Assembly: GCA_964019335.1 (NCBI GenBank)
Contig: OZ025650.1
Span: 434,001-498,000, forward strand
Direction of reading: 5' to 3'
Source of the DNA: Diplonema japonicum
Lineage: Eukaryota; Protista; Euglenozoa: Diplonemea
Length of the DNA: 64,000 nucleotides
Shown here: one piece after another, positions 12,142-21,500 of the stretch
Position numbering within the stretch: position 1 is the stretch's first letter
Layout: each line of letters begins with the position of its first letter
The notes under the pieces: generated by a model
The model's database searches: none
What the model was told of the DNA's origin: nothing
The model's input: only the letters and a program-made list of their open reading frames with translations
Translations under genes and position numbers: made by a program

Positions 12142-12410
12142 CGGTGTTGGCGGCGCCCTGCACAAGAACTGTCTACTTGATTACAGGGGGCGCGCCGCGG
12201 CCGAGTTATAGCTTCTTCTGCGTTCCGCGTCGTGTCCTTAATGCGTGCGGTGTACAGCTCAACCCCAGCCGGTGCGTCCCGGGTAACCAAGATTCTGCGC
12301 TCGTGCAGTTTGCTGCCTGTTCGTCACCCTGAGCATCTGCACTATGTTCTTCCACTCGGGCGCTACCGGTGATGACCGACGAGGAGGTCAACAGCGAACA
12401 ACACATCTGA
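12142..12410 (-). ncRNA. Candidate structured ncRNA (possible H/ACA-type)
   Basis: GC-rich island between A-tracts. Hairpin GTGCAG-TGCT...AGCA-CTGCAC; H-box-like AGAAGA (12214-12219); then a GC-rich hairpin ending in ACA (12145-12147). No convincing ORF. Confidence 0.3.
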
Positions 12411-12501
12411 TGTTTTTCTTATATTTTCATGTTATCCCCACCACCTGAAAAAAAAAAAAAAAAAAAAAAAAACACCCCCTTTTTTTGTACCGGGGTGGGG
12501 A

Positions 12502-12945
12502 TCAGTTTTTATAAATGCGATTGGACACGACGAACTGTTGTGCGGTGTTCATTGTTGTTGTTGTTGTTGTTGTTGTACAAGTTCATACCAGGTAGCCTAG
12601 CCAGCAGGTAGATCCGATGGCGGCAACAATATTAGCTTGAGGGGCAATCCCGCCTGCACAGATTTGAGCAGCGATGAAAGCAACACCAACAACGAACCAG
12701 TTGCTGTGTGCAGCGTCACCCCAGGTGGAGGTATAGAAGTTACCAATACACAAGAAAATAAGTAGAAATACCACAGATGACGCAATCCCACCAGCTATCA
12801 CCAAACTAGGCCCTGCAAGTACGTTTTCAAACATCTGCACAGCACAGAACAAGATTATCGCCAGCAGCCCGGAAGACACCATCGACTGCTTCGCATCAGG
12901 CATCGTCCCCGTTCTGGCCACCGTTATTTTTTCCGCTCTTCCCAT
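12502..12945 (-). CDS. KRTCAP2: KRTCAP2/KCP2-like oligosaccharyltransferase accessory subunit; intron 12535-12588
   Basis: SMVSSGLLAIILFCAVQMF...GGIASSVVFLLIFLCIGNF resembles the keratinocyte-associated protein 2 family. Spliced tail is FVVSNRIYKN*. The start could instead be the Met at 12903. Confidence 0.75.
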
Positions 12946-13265
12946 GGTCTGTCGCTCCCCTCTTTTCCCTTTGTAAGTTTCAACAGAGCGAAAAACAAAA
13001 GTCGGGGGGGGGGGGGTAAAATAAAAAGCAACAAAATAAAAGAATTGTGAGCAGTGGGGTTGGACAACAAGCGAAAACAAACTCTTTCCTGACATCAAGC
13101 GCACAACCACCACCTTCCCTTCACGTTAAAGGGCACCAACAGGGTTAGTGACAGTGTCCTTGTAGCGGTGGGTCTTGCTAGAGAATAGGAGAAAAGGGGT
13201 TCTCGTCGTTGCTCATAAAAAGATAAATAAAAGGGGTTTTGAAAAAAATAAAATAAAAGGATACG

Positions 13266-13299
<34 letters not shown>

Positions 13300-13326
13300 A
13301 AGAGAAACAATCAAAGGTCCTACTTC

Positions 13327-14808
13327 CTACTTCTTCTTGGCGATGACCTTCTCGGTGGTCTTGGTGACCTTGCCAAGCATGACGACACCGTTGCCCTCCA
13401 TGATGGCGACACGGGAGAGACCCTCGCAGTTCTTGAAGGTGTCGACGACAAGGGGCTGCTGGGGGGCGAAGACGACCTCAGCCATCTCGTTGGCCTTCAG
13501 GCAGTGGGGCTCCTCAGCCTTCTTACCGCCGGTCTCCTTACCCATCTTCCACACCAGCTGGGTCATCCTCACGGCGGACCTACCGGTCCTCACGAAGCAC
13601 ACGGGGGTGTACCCGACCTTGAGCTCACCGGGGTGGTCCAGGATCTGCACCTGCGCGTTGAAGGTACCGGCCTCCTTCAGGGAGGCGTCCTTCTTGTAGA
13701 TCATCACGTCACCGGTCCTGGGCATGTTGTCCTTGTTGAGACCCTTCACGTTCAACCCAACGTTGTCACCAGCCTTGGCGTCCTCGCACCTCTTGTGGTG
13801 CATCTCGCAGGTGAAGACCTTACCCACGCACGCGTTGGCGGCGGTGTGGGTGGGGAGGAAGAGCACTTCCTCACCGGGCTTCACGATACCCTGCTCCACA
13901 CGACCGGTAATAACATCACCGACACCCTTGATCTGTATTTATTTGTGTGTGCGTGCGTGTGCGTGTGTTGTTTATTTTATTTCTATTTTGTTGTTTCATA
14001 CCTTGTACACACCCGAGACGGGCATCCTCATGGGAGCGTCGTTCTTCCTCTCAGGCATCCTCACCATCTTGTCAAGAGCGTCAACAAGGGTGTCGATGTG
14101 GAGCTTCTCGTCAGCACCGACAAGAACATCCTGACCCTTCCACCAGTCCATCTTGGTGGACTTCTTCAGAAGGTTGTCACCGATCCAACCCGAGATGGGG
14201 AGGACGGGGACGTTCTTCTCAACGAAGTCCTTCTTCCAACCGGTCTTCACCAACATGCTCTTCATCTCCTCCTTGATCTCGTTGTACCTCTCCTCCTTGT
14301 ACTGGGCGACGTCGCAGTCCATCTTGTTGATACCAACGATGAGCTGCTTCACACCGAGAAGGTTGATGAGACGGGCGTGCTGCCTGGTCTGCCCCTGGAT
14401 CTCACCAGCCTTGTGGTTACCCCTCGCGATGGCGGACACGAAGTTACCGTCAGCGGGGATCATCAGAAGGGCCACGTCGGCCTGCGAGGCTCCGGTGATC
14501 ATGTTCTTGATGAAATCCCTGTGCCCGGGGGCGTCGATCACGGTGTAGTGCCACTTCTCCGTGAAGAACTCCTTGGTGGTGCAGGCGATCGTCACACCAC
14601 GCTCACGCTCCTCCTTCTGCCTGTCCATGTAGAAGGCGAAGGCGAAGGACTGCTTACCGAGACGCTCAGCCTCAGCCTTCAACTTCTCCATCTCACGCTC
14701 GGGGATTCCACCAAGCTCGAAGAGGAGACGCCCGGTGGTCGTCGACTTCCCGGAGTCGACGTGACCGCAGATCACGATCGACAAATGCTGCTTACCGTCG
14801 GTGGCCAT
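13327..14808 (-). CDS. EFL: Elongation factor-like GTPase EFL, copy 1; intron 13933-14001 (69 nt)
   Basis: [45 protein letters not shown] and [18 protein letters not shown] are EFL-type rather than EF-1alpha. The junction AAG|GTATG...ACAG|ATC joins the 270-aa and 190-aa ORFs. Confidence 0.96.
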
Positions 14809-14830
14809 GGTTTATGAGTTGATAGCTGTC

Positions 14831-14883
14831 GGGGGGTGGGTGGATGGATGGATGGATGGATGGGTGGGTGGGTGGGTGGGTGG
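14831..14883. repeat. (GGAT)n(GGGT)n microsatellite just upstream of the putative EFL trans-splice acceptor (AG at 14826-14827)
   Basis: GGAT x5 here, x7 upstream of copy 3, x4 upstream of copy 4, absent from copy 2. Confidence 0.85.
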
Positions 14884-14954
14884 TGATGGTTTTCTTTCTT
14901 TTTTTTTTTTCCCCCTCCCTTCTCACTCCAAAAAATTTACTGCAAATAATTTCT

Positions 14955-15033
14955 TCAGCGTTTATCAAATATCATCCCCAGTTTGCCTGCAAAGCAGTCA
15001 AATAAGCTACTCTTATCGTGTTTGGATCATCAC
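14955..15033 (-). ncRNA. Box C/D snoRNA CD-a, target unassigned (copies 51940-52018 and partial 63955-64000)
   Basis: GTGATGA, TTGA (D'), GGATGA (C'), CTGA. Confidence 0.7.
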
Positions 15034-15091
15034 AAGAATTCAAAAGCAAGCCAAAAGAAAACCAAGGCAAAGAGAGTCACCCATCAATGAA

Positions 15092-15160
15092 AGTTCTAGG
15101 ACAAGAAATGATGAGCTGAAGTAGGTAGCGAAGCACAGTCACAACTCGAGGCATTGTCCA
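15092..15160 (-). ncRNA. AGA-box pseudouridylation guide AGA-1 for LSU GAAUGAU-Psi-GGAGGCA (yeast Psi1004/snR5-equivalent site); copies 15772-15840, 17264-17332, 26233-26301, 52077-52145, 52757-52825, 57591-57659, 61505-61573
   Basis: GGACAA/TTGTCC lower stem and GAGCT/AGCTC upper stem. Pocket strands TGCCTC and ATCATT pair either side of UG in the rRNA fragment seen at 61176-61190. Terminal AGA. Confidence 0.85.
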
Positions 15161-15235
15161 GTGAAAACTATTCCGCAAAGAAAAACAGACGGAAAAAGGG
15201 GTTGGAGGTACAGACATAAACAACAATACAAAGAA

Positions 15236-15316
15236 TCAGATAAGAAACCGAAATACAAAGATTATAACTCACGAAAGTATTCATGTGAAACACGGAACAT
15301 TGTACTTTTTCATCAT
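15236..15316 (-). ncRNA. Box C/D snoRNA CD-b: D' guide to LSU UGAAACACGGA (U18/snR18 region) and D guide to LSU UUGGGACCCGAAA (Gm805/snR39b-like); copies 25509-25589, 27533-27613, 52221-52301, 56870-56950, 60817-60896
   Basis: ATGATGA...TTCCGTGTTTCA...TTTCGGGTTCCAAG-CTGA. The D guide is altered in the 15236 and 52221 copies. Confidence 0.88.
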
Positions 15317-15347
15317 CTCTTTGAGGGGTGGCATTGTGTCTCCTGTC

Positions 15348-15412
15348 TGATCTTGGAACAGGGAGTATACTGTTGGCAGCATGGGTGACCCCGCCACAGA
15401 GCTGTTTGTTCC
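15348..15412 (-). ncRNA. AGA-box guide AGA-2, target unassigned; copies 16697-16761, 25671-25735, 27158-27222, 52333-52397, 53682-53746, 57029-57093, 58516-58580, and an internally deleted copy 60928-60970
   Basis: GGAACA/TGTTCC lower stem, CTGTGGCGG/CTGCCAACAG upper stem, pocket AACAGCT/TATACTCCC, AGA 16 nt from the pocket top. Confidence 0.75.
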
Positions 15413-15479
15413 CTCTTGGAGGGGAAAGCCTTCAAAAGGAAAAAGCAACGAAAGAAGCCCTAAAAAAGCTGTAAAAGGT

Positions 15480-15570
15480 TCAGCGGTGTCCTAAGGGTAA
15501 TTAAGTTGCCATTTCTCGGGCATCGCACCTTGTGCTCCGACTGGGGCGGCATCATAGTGATTGTCATCAT
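15480..15570 (-). ncRNA. 91-nt double-guide C/D snoRNA CD-c: P-loop Gm (U31/snR67-like) plus GGUGmUCCUAAG (U58-like); copies 16957-17047, 17628-17718, 25808-25898, 52465-52555, 54648-54738, 57166-57256, disrupted copy 61080-61251
   Basis: ATGATGA...TGCCGCCCCAGT-CGGA (D')...CCTTAGGACACCG-CTGA, complementary to LSU ACUGGGGCGGCA and GGUGUCCUAAGG. Confidence 0.9.
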
Positions 15571-15642
15571 CTAGTAGAGGAAAGAAACAGTCAAAGGAAA
15601 CAGTCCCCCTTCCCGCACCTGGGAAAACACAGGTTTGTGTGG

Positions 15643-15729
15643 TCAGGTAAAACCCGAAAGTCAACTTCACACAGCAAAAAAAATAATGCATCAGGTCTTG
15701 AAACACATTGTGGAAAGTAATGTCATCAC
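15643..15729 (-). ncRNA. Box C/D snoRNA CD-d: guides to LSU GUCUUGAAACAC and ACCCGAAAG; copies 26104-26190, 52628-52714, 57462-57548
   Basis: GTGATGA...GTGTTTCAAGAC-CTGA...CTTTCGGGTTTTAC-CTGA. Confidence 0.87.
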
Positions 15730-15890
15730 TTCAACTCCTTCTCATTCATGTTAAATGTTTCCCTCATGCAAACCTCTCGAACAAGAAATGATGAGCTTGA
15801 GGTAGGTAGCGAGGCGCAGTCACAGCTCGAGGCATTGTCCTGAAGACTTTCTTCCTGTGTGTCTTGCAGACACAAAGTAAAAGGAAGGTT

Positions 15891-15956
15891 GTGTCTTGCC
15901 ATGAAGTTGCCCTTGCAGTGCGAGAAGGGGCGTCCTGCAGGTTTGATCGTCATGGC
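15891..15956 (-). ncRNA. AGA-box guide AGA-3 for LSU GUUGC-Psi-UUUUGAUC (yeast Psi2826/snR34-like site); copies 26352-26417, 52876-52941, 57710-57775
   Basis: GCCATGA/TCATGGC lower stem, CCTGCAG/CTGCAAGG upper stem, pocket GATCAAA/GCAAC, then A-AGA-CAC. Confidence 0.82.
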
Positions 15957-16008
15957 GGAAAGTGAATGGAAGTGTACGAAACAAACGGAACGGGGCAACT
16001 AGGGCCAC

Positions 16009-16079
16009 AGCTCTTGCCCGAGTCATTGACCTGCAGTGGCGATGTCGAAGACTGCGCCCAGAGGCTGGTTACCAAGGGC
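16009..16079 (-). ncRNA. AGA-box guide AGA-4, target unassigned; copies 17132-17202, 26470-26540, 52994-53064, 57828-57898, 61373-61443
   Basis: GCCC/GGGC lower stem, GCAGT/ACTGC upper stem, terminal A-AGA. Conserved as a discrete module in different flanking contexts. Confidence 0.65.
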
Positions 16080-16116
16080 GGGTAAGAAACAATAACTTCT
16101 GCGTCTTCCTGGTTGC

Positions 16117-16206
16117 TCAGAAGTTGTGAAAGCTTTATCAAGAGTGTTGTATTCAGCCGGAGGCCTCGTGGCCCCGTCGTATAGTACCGATCCTGTTTCT
16201 CATCAT
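16117..16206 (-). ncRNA. Box C/D snoRNA CD-e, target unassigned; copies 26578-26667, 53102-53191, 57936-58025
   Basis: ATGATGA...CTGA (D')...TTGATAA (C'-like)...CTGA. Confidence 0.65.
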
Positions 16207-16294
16207 CGCAGGTGGCAGGGGGGGAGAGGGAAAGAAAGCTGGATCCATTTCCGGGGGATGAGGAAAAACTATGAACAACAACAACAAACAAGAG

Positions 16295-16385
16295 TCAGCC
16301 TCCTCGACCTATTCTTTGGGTGCTCATCTCCCAGGGGTTTCCTGGAATGCACAGAGATTCCTTGTGTAAAAACAAAAATCATCAT
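16295..16385 (-). ncRNA. Box C/D snoRNA CD-f guiding LSU CCUCGACCUAUUCU; copies 26756-26846, 53280-53370, 58114-58204; register-shifted variants 54524-54606 and 61877-61958
   Basis: ATGATGA...AGAATAGGTCGAGG...CTGA, antisense to the conserved LSU ACCUAUUCUCAAAC region. Confidence 0.82.
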
Positions 16386-16465
16386 TTGTTTGCTCTCCTG
16401 CTGTAGTTCGTGTAGTTTGTTCTTCTTTTCTTTTTTTCTTCCCTCTCCTCTTCCTTTTCAACTAT

Positions 16466-16689
16466 TTATGTAGGACCACACCAAGGCACACAAAAGACAC
16501 ATGGAAGGAAGTGAAGGTGTGCTGGTTAAATGTGGTTCTGAGCTTTGCTGTTGCGTGCGTTGAAAAGGGAGGGCGGGATCTTTTGCTTCTCCCCAACAGA
16601 GTGTGTGGAGACCCATCCCTCCCAAACCTGTCGCCACGCGTCCGGGAGTGCTGGTGGTGGTGGTAGCGGTGACGCTTCGGAAGCAAAGT
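16466..16689 (-). ncRNA. About 225-nt structured orphan RNA within the clusters; copies 26927-27150, 53451-53674, 58285-58508
   Basis: Long domain closed by CTTTGCT/AGCAAAG with internal GCGT/ACGC and GGGAGGG/CCCTCCC pairings. Followed by hairpin ACCACA-GCACAC/GTGTGC-TGTGGT and ACA+3 nt. Confidence 0.5.
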
Positions 16690-16798
16690 GGTCAACTCAT
16701 CTTGGAACAGGGAGTATACTGTTGGCAGCATGGGTGACCCCGCCACAGAGCTGTTTGTTCCCTCGCTCTTCTTTTTCTTTCTCTTCTTTCACCATTGA

Positions 16799-16899
16799 TC
16801 AGAAGTCAGGTAGGGTTGTTCTTGGAATCGTTGCTCAACAAGTGATTGTTTGAAGATCTTCAGATTGGCTAGGGCGGTAGAATTCCAGGTTGTCATCAT
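16799..16899 (-). ncRNA. Box C/D snoRNA CD-g: guides to LSU UUGGCUGGGGCGG and GUCAGGUGGGG; copies 27266-27365, 53808-53908, 58624-58723
   Basis: ATGATGA...TACCGCCCTAGCCAAT-CTGA...CCCTACCTGACTT-CTGA (pairing includes G-U). Confidence 0.82.
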
Positions 16900-17381
16900 T
16901 TCAATTGGGGTTTTTCCTTGAGAAAATAAAAGAGAAAGAAATGAAAAGCCATCGTGTCAGCGGTGTCCTAAGGGTAATTAAGTTGCCATTTCTCGGGCAT
17001 CGCACCTTGTGCTCCGACTGGGGCGGCATCATAGTGATTGTCATCATCTATCTTTTGAAGCTAAAACCACAAAACTGTTTTTTTTTTTTTTTTTTGAAAC
17101 TGTCAAAGATATGTATTTTTTGAACTGTGTTAGTTCTTGCCCGAGTCATTGACCTGCAGTGGCGATGTCGAAGACTGCGCCCAGAGGCTGGTTACCAAGG
17201 GCTGGCTTCTCTTAACAATGGGTTGGGAACGTGAACTAACTGGATGCATTGCATCATGCCAAGCACTCTTGGACAGGTAATGATGAGCTTGAGGTAGGTA
17301 GCGAGGCGCAGTCACAGCTCGAGGCATTGTCCTGTGTTCATCTGAGCCTGTCTTTTCTCCCTCTTCTTCACCCACAAGAGC

Positions 17382-17474
17382 TCAGTGGTCAGGACAAATT
17401 GCAGTTACTGTCGTCAGGAACGAGTGTTTCCGACTGAGAGATCAGGTATTTGATAACTTACAGGTTGTCATCAC
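17382..17474 (-). ncRNA. Box C/D snoRNA CD-i, target unassigned; copies 54031-54123, 58880-58972, 61624-61716, 62007-62099
   Basis: GTGATGA...CTGA...CTGACGA (C'-like)...CTGA; five near-identical copies in different contexts. Confidence 0.8.
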
Positions 17475-18535
17475 TGCTTTAAAACAATTCTCTTTTTCAG
17501 ATATGGGTCAAGTGATGGGAACATGAATAGGCGGAAGAAATGATGTCAGTGGTGCCGGATTTCATTTCAAAATCGGCTTGAAATGTCAACTAAAAGTAAA
17601 AAGATTCCTATCACAAGAAAAGTGATGTCAGCGGTGTCCTAAGGGTAATTAAGTTGCCGTTTCTCGGGCATCGCACGTTGTGCTCCGACTGGGGCGGCAT
17701 CATAGTGATTGTCATCATCTACTTGAAGCCAAAACTGTAAAACGAAAAGAAAAAAAAAACCCCCCCTCCCAAATGCCATGATCAAATAATAAGAATTAAA
17801 AATCGAGAGAGAGAGAGAAGAGAGGGAAAAAGAAAAGGGTAAAAACGCGATGCAACAAGGCGGTGATGCAGGATACAAGTCCCGCAGGTTCCTGCTGCGA
17901 AAAAAAAAAGGGGGGAAGGGTAATTTTTTTTAAAAGATAATAAATGCTAAGCTACTGAAGAGATAGTAAGGAATGACTGCTTTCCCGCTTTTTCCAACGC
18001 GGTGCTAGAACACCCGATTCGAGGTATCTATGCACTAAGCGAGACCAAAGGTGGAGACCTACGTCGCCTGAAGCGTCACGTTCCGTGTCTAGCATGTCTT
18101 TTCACGCTCTTCTCGGACCGCGATACACTCCACTTTTGTATACAAGTCATGAAAAATAAATAATAATAAAAGGACTTTTTTTTTGTGGAAGAGACTACCG
18201 AGAGCATTATCTGTGTTATGTTCACTGTTCTTTGAGAGCACTGCGAGCCAGGGAGGGTGCGAGGCCACTGAAGGTGCCAGTCTCCACGTGTAAGCTGCAT
18301 GCGCTAAAAAAAAAAAAAAAAAAAAAAAGGAAAGGGGGGTTTTTTTAAATACTGTCAGCATATAGTAATGAATTGCTATCAGAGTAGTCCTTCGGTTCTT
18401 GTTCAATTGTCGTGTCAGTTTTTCTTTTTTCTTTTTTTAAAGAGTGAATAAAAAAAGAGATAGCATCAAACCGTACTGACCTTCAGCAAAGAAGGCCGTA
18501 GCGGAGAAAGGGAAAGCGAATATCTAGAATCAACT

Positions 18536-21500
18536 CTAGATGGTTCCCAGTTCCACATCTGCGGCTTGCTTGTGGACCACCACCTCTTCTTCCTTGAGTG
18601 CGTTGTAAAGCTCGTCTGCTGTAGCGGCTGTGCTCCTCTTGCGGCTGTAGACGGTGAGGGCGAGGGCGGATCCCATGCACAAGGCGCCGACCCCAGCGAG
18701 GAGGGCGTAGAGCCAGGTCTTGGACGAGGAGCCGGAGTTGGAGGAGTCATCGGTGGTGGTGGTGGTGGTGGTCTTCTTCCCGCCTGCCTCCACCACCCCC
18801 ACAGGTTCCACCACAAGGGAGTAGCCGCCGGTGTTGTCCCTCATCGCGCCTTCCCCGTTCGCTGCCTGTTCTGTCGACTCCTCCAGTTCCTTCGCTGCCT
18901 TCTCGTCCACGAAGAACTCCCCGAACACACCCTCGTCACCCGCTGCCGCTGTCGAGGCCGTCTGCACAGCACTCGCCCCGAGCGCCTTCCCGGTTCGTGT
19001 CTTGTACTGTTCCAGCAGTGCCTTCTCCTCCACCGCCAGCTCAGCGTTCCACGAGGCGCGCACCTTGAACGCCCACTTCTCGCGCTGCGCCCCCTCCGGG
19101 ACCGTGTACCCGACCATCAGGGACCCCACAGCCGTCACCACCAGTCGCGAAGGGTTCTTCGCAAGCTCCTCCGATCCGCGCAGCAGCGACATCCTGAACT
19201 TCTTCAGGAAAGCTTTCGGGTTCTCCATCAGTTCTGAAGTTGTCCCCTTTAGTTTCAGCCTCAGTGACTTCTTCCCTTCCTTCTTCTCTTCTTCTTCTTC
19301 TTCTTCTTCTTCCTCCTTCTGCTTCTTCATCACAACAGTCTCCTCTTCCGCAGGGCACCACAGGTATTTCATGGAACAGCAACCCGCCTTCTGCTTAACG
19401 TCAAGGAGGCTCCCCGCCATGCAGTTCACCTCGCACTTGTTCTCGTTCTCGCAGCACCACTCCTTCTTCCCGGGTGCCTCTGTCTTGTCGTCGCAGTCAA
19501 ACTTCGTCGCAAGGCACCTCACCCCCACCGCGCAGCACTCCTCGTCGCTCCTCTGCCCCTTCTTGCACTCCGCCACCACCTTTGCGAGTTCCTTCTCCGC
19601 GTCCACCACAGCCGGCGACGGGCACCTCACCTTCTGCTCACCGCAGCACCTTGTCTTCTGTTCCCTCGTCCACGGTGCCACCGTCTCCATGTTCCATCTG
19701 CAGTCCAGAGGCTTGCACTCCTGCTCCTCGCATCTCATCTTCCCGTCAACGCACAGGCACATGTTGCAGTCCCTCATCGCTGTTTCCCCGGACTTCAGCA
19801 CCTTTGCTCCTTCCACGCACTCCCTCTCCACAGGCAGCGACGGCACGTTCACCGCCACACACCTCGCCCCCTTCACCTTGTCCTCAACACAGGTCATGGT
19901 CGCAATGCAGACAACTGAAGCACAGGTCGGAACAGGAGGGTCGATGATGATCTGGGGCTTCTGACAAACAGACTCAGAGACAAGGGTTTGAACACCGTCA
20001 CGGGGCCTGCACACAAGGCCTTGGTCACACTTAACCTTCAAATCACCGTTGTTCTCACACACCTCACCCTCCTTCAGGTACTCTGGCTTCTCACACACCT
20101 TCTCTGTGCACCCCAACCTTCCGTTCATGCAGGTGCATTCGTTGCAGTCGTTCATGTATGACGAGCCTTCAGCGACGACCTTCCCATCGGAGTTGGTGCA
20201 GTCCAGGGGCTTGGGCTTCTCAAGGGGAACACACCTCGCCCCCTTCACCTTGTCCTCAACACAGGTCATGGTCGCAATGCAGATAACTGAAGCACAGGTA
20301 GGGTCGATGATGATCTGGGGCTTCTGACAAACAGACTCAGAGACAAGGGTTTGAACACCATCACGGGGCCTGCACACAAGGCCTTGGTCACACTTACCCT
20401 TCACGTCACCGTTGTTCTCACACACCTCACCCTCCTTCAGGTACTCAGCAGACACGATTGGAACACACCTCGCCCCATTCACCTTATCCTCAACACAGGT
20501 AGTGGTCGCAATGCAGATCATCGAAGCACAAGTAGGCTTGGAAGGGTCGATGATGATTTGGGGCTTCTGGCAAACAGACTCAGAGACAAGGGTTTGAATA
20601 CCGTCACGGGGTCTGCACTCAAGGCCTTGGTCACACTTACCCTTCATGTCGCCGTTGTTTTCACACACCTCACCCTCCTTCAGGTACTGTGCGGGTTTTG
20701 TGGGAGGGCTAGCCATGGGGACACACTCATCCTTCGGAGGGTCCACAGTGTTGTCAGTCATGCAGGTGTAGCCAGGGCCGCATCTCATGGTGGTGCACGC
20801 AACAGGCTTGGGCTTCTCAAGGGGAACACACCTCGCCCCCTTCACCTTGTCCTCAACACAGGTAGTGGTTGCGATGCAGATCATCGAAGCACAGGTAGGC
20901 ATAGAAGGGTCGATGATGATCTGGGGCTTTTGGCAAACAGACTCAGAGACAAGGGTTTGAGCACCATCACGGGGCCTGCACACAAGGCCTTGGTCACACT
21001 TACCCTTCATGTCGCCGTTGTTCTCACACACCTCACCCTCCTTCAGGTACTGTGCGGGTTTTGTGGGAGGGCTAGCCATGGGGACACACTCATCCTTCGG
21101 AGGGTCCACAGTGTTGTCAGTCATGCAGGTGTAGCCAGGGCCGCATCTCATGGTGGTGCACGCAACAGGCTTGGGCTTCTCAAGGGGAACACACCTCGCC
21201 CCATTCACCTTGTCCTCAACACAGGTAGTGGTTGCGATGCAGATCATCGAAGCACAGGTAGGCCTGGAAGGGTCGATGATGATTTGGGGCTTCTGGCAAA
21301 CAGACTCAGAGACAAGGGTTTGAACACCATCGCGGGGTTTGCACTCAAGGCCTTGGTCACACTTACCCTTCATGTCGCCATTGTTCTCACACACCTCACC
21401 CTCCTTCAGGTACTTTGGCTTCTCACAAGCCATTTTCGTGCACCCCAACCTTCCGTTCATGCAAGTGCACGTGTTGCAGTCGTTCATGTATGACGAGCCT

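Larger units (their letters stand above)
14955..17718 (-). ncRNA. snoRNA cluster 1 (about 20 box C/D and AGA-box modules), upstream of EFL copy 1
   Basis: Repeated RTGATGA...CTGA units and single hairpins ending in AGA+3 nt on the minus strand, many with antisense elements to conserved LSU rRNA. Confidence 0.9.

Noticed and set aside
13504-14817. 437-aa plus-strand ORF (and copies at 44080, 50481, 62508)
   Set aside because: Antisense shadow of the strongly codon-biased EFL gene; it runs through the intron and shows no protein features.
14955-17718. Short ORFs in the clusters; CRISPR-like or MITE/SINE interpretation of the repeated modules
   Set aside because: No repeat-spacer periodicity, terminal inverted repeats or target-site duplications. 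C/D and AGA boxes with rRNA complementarity explain the modules.
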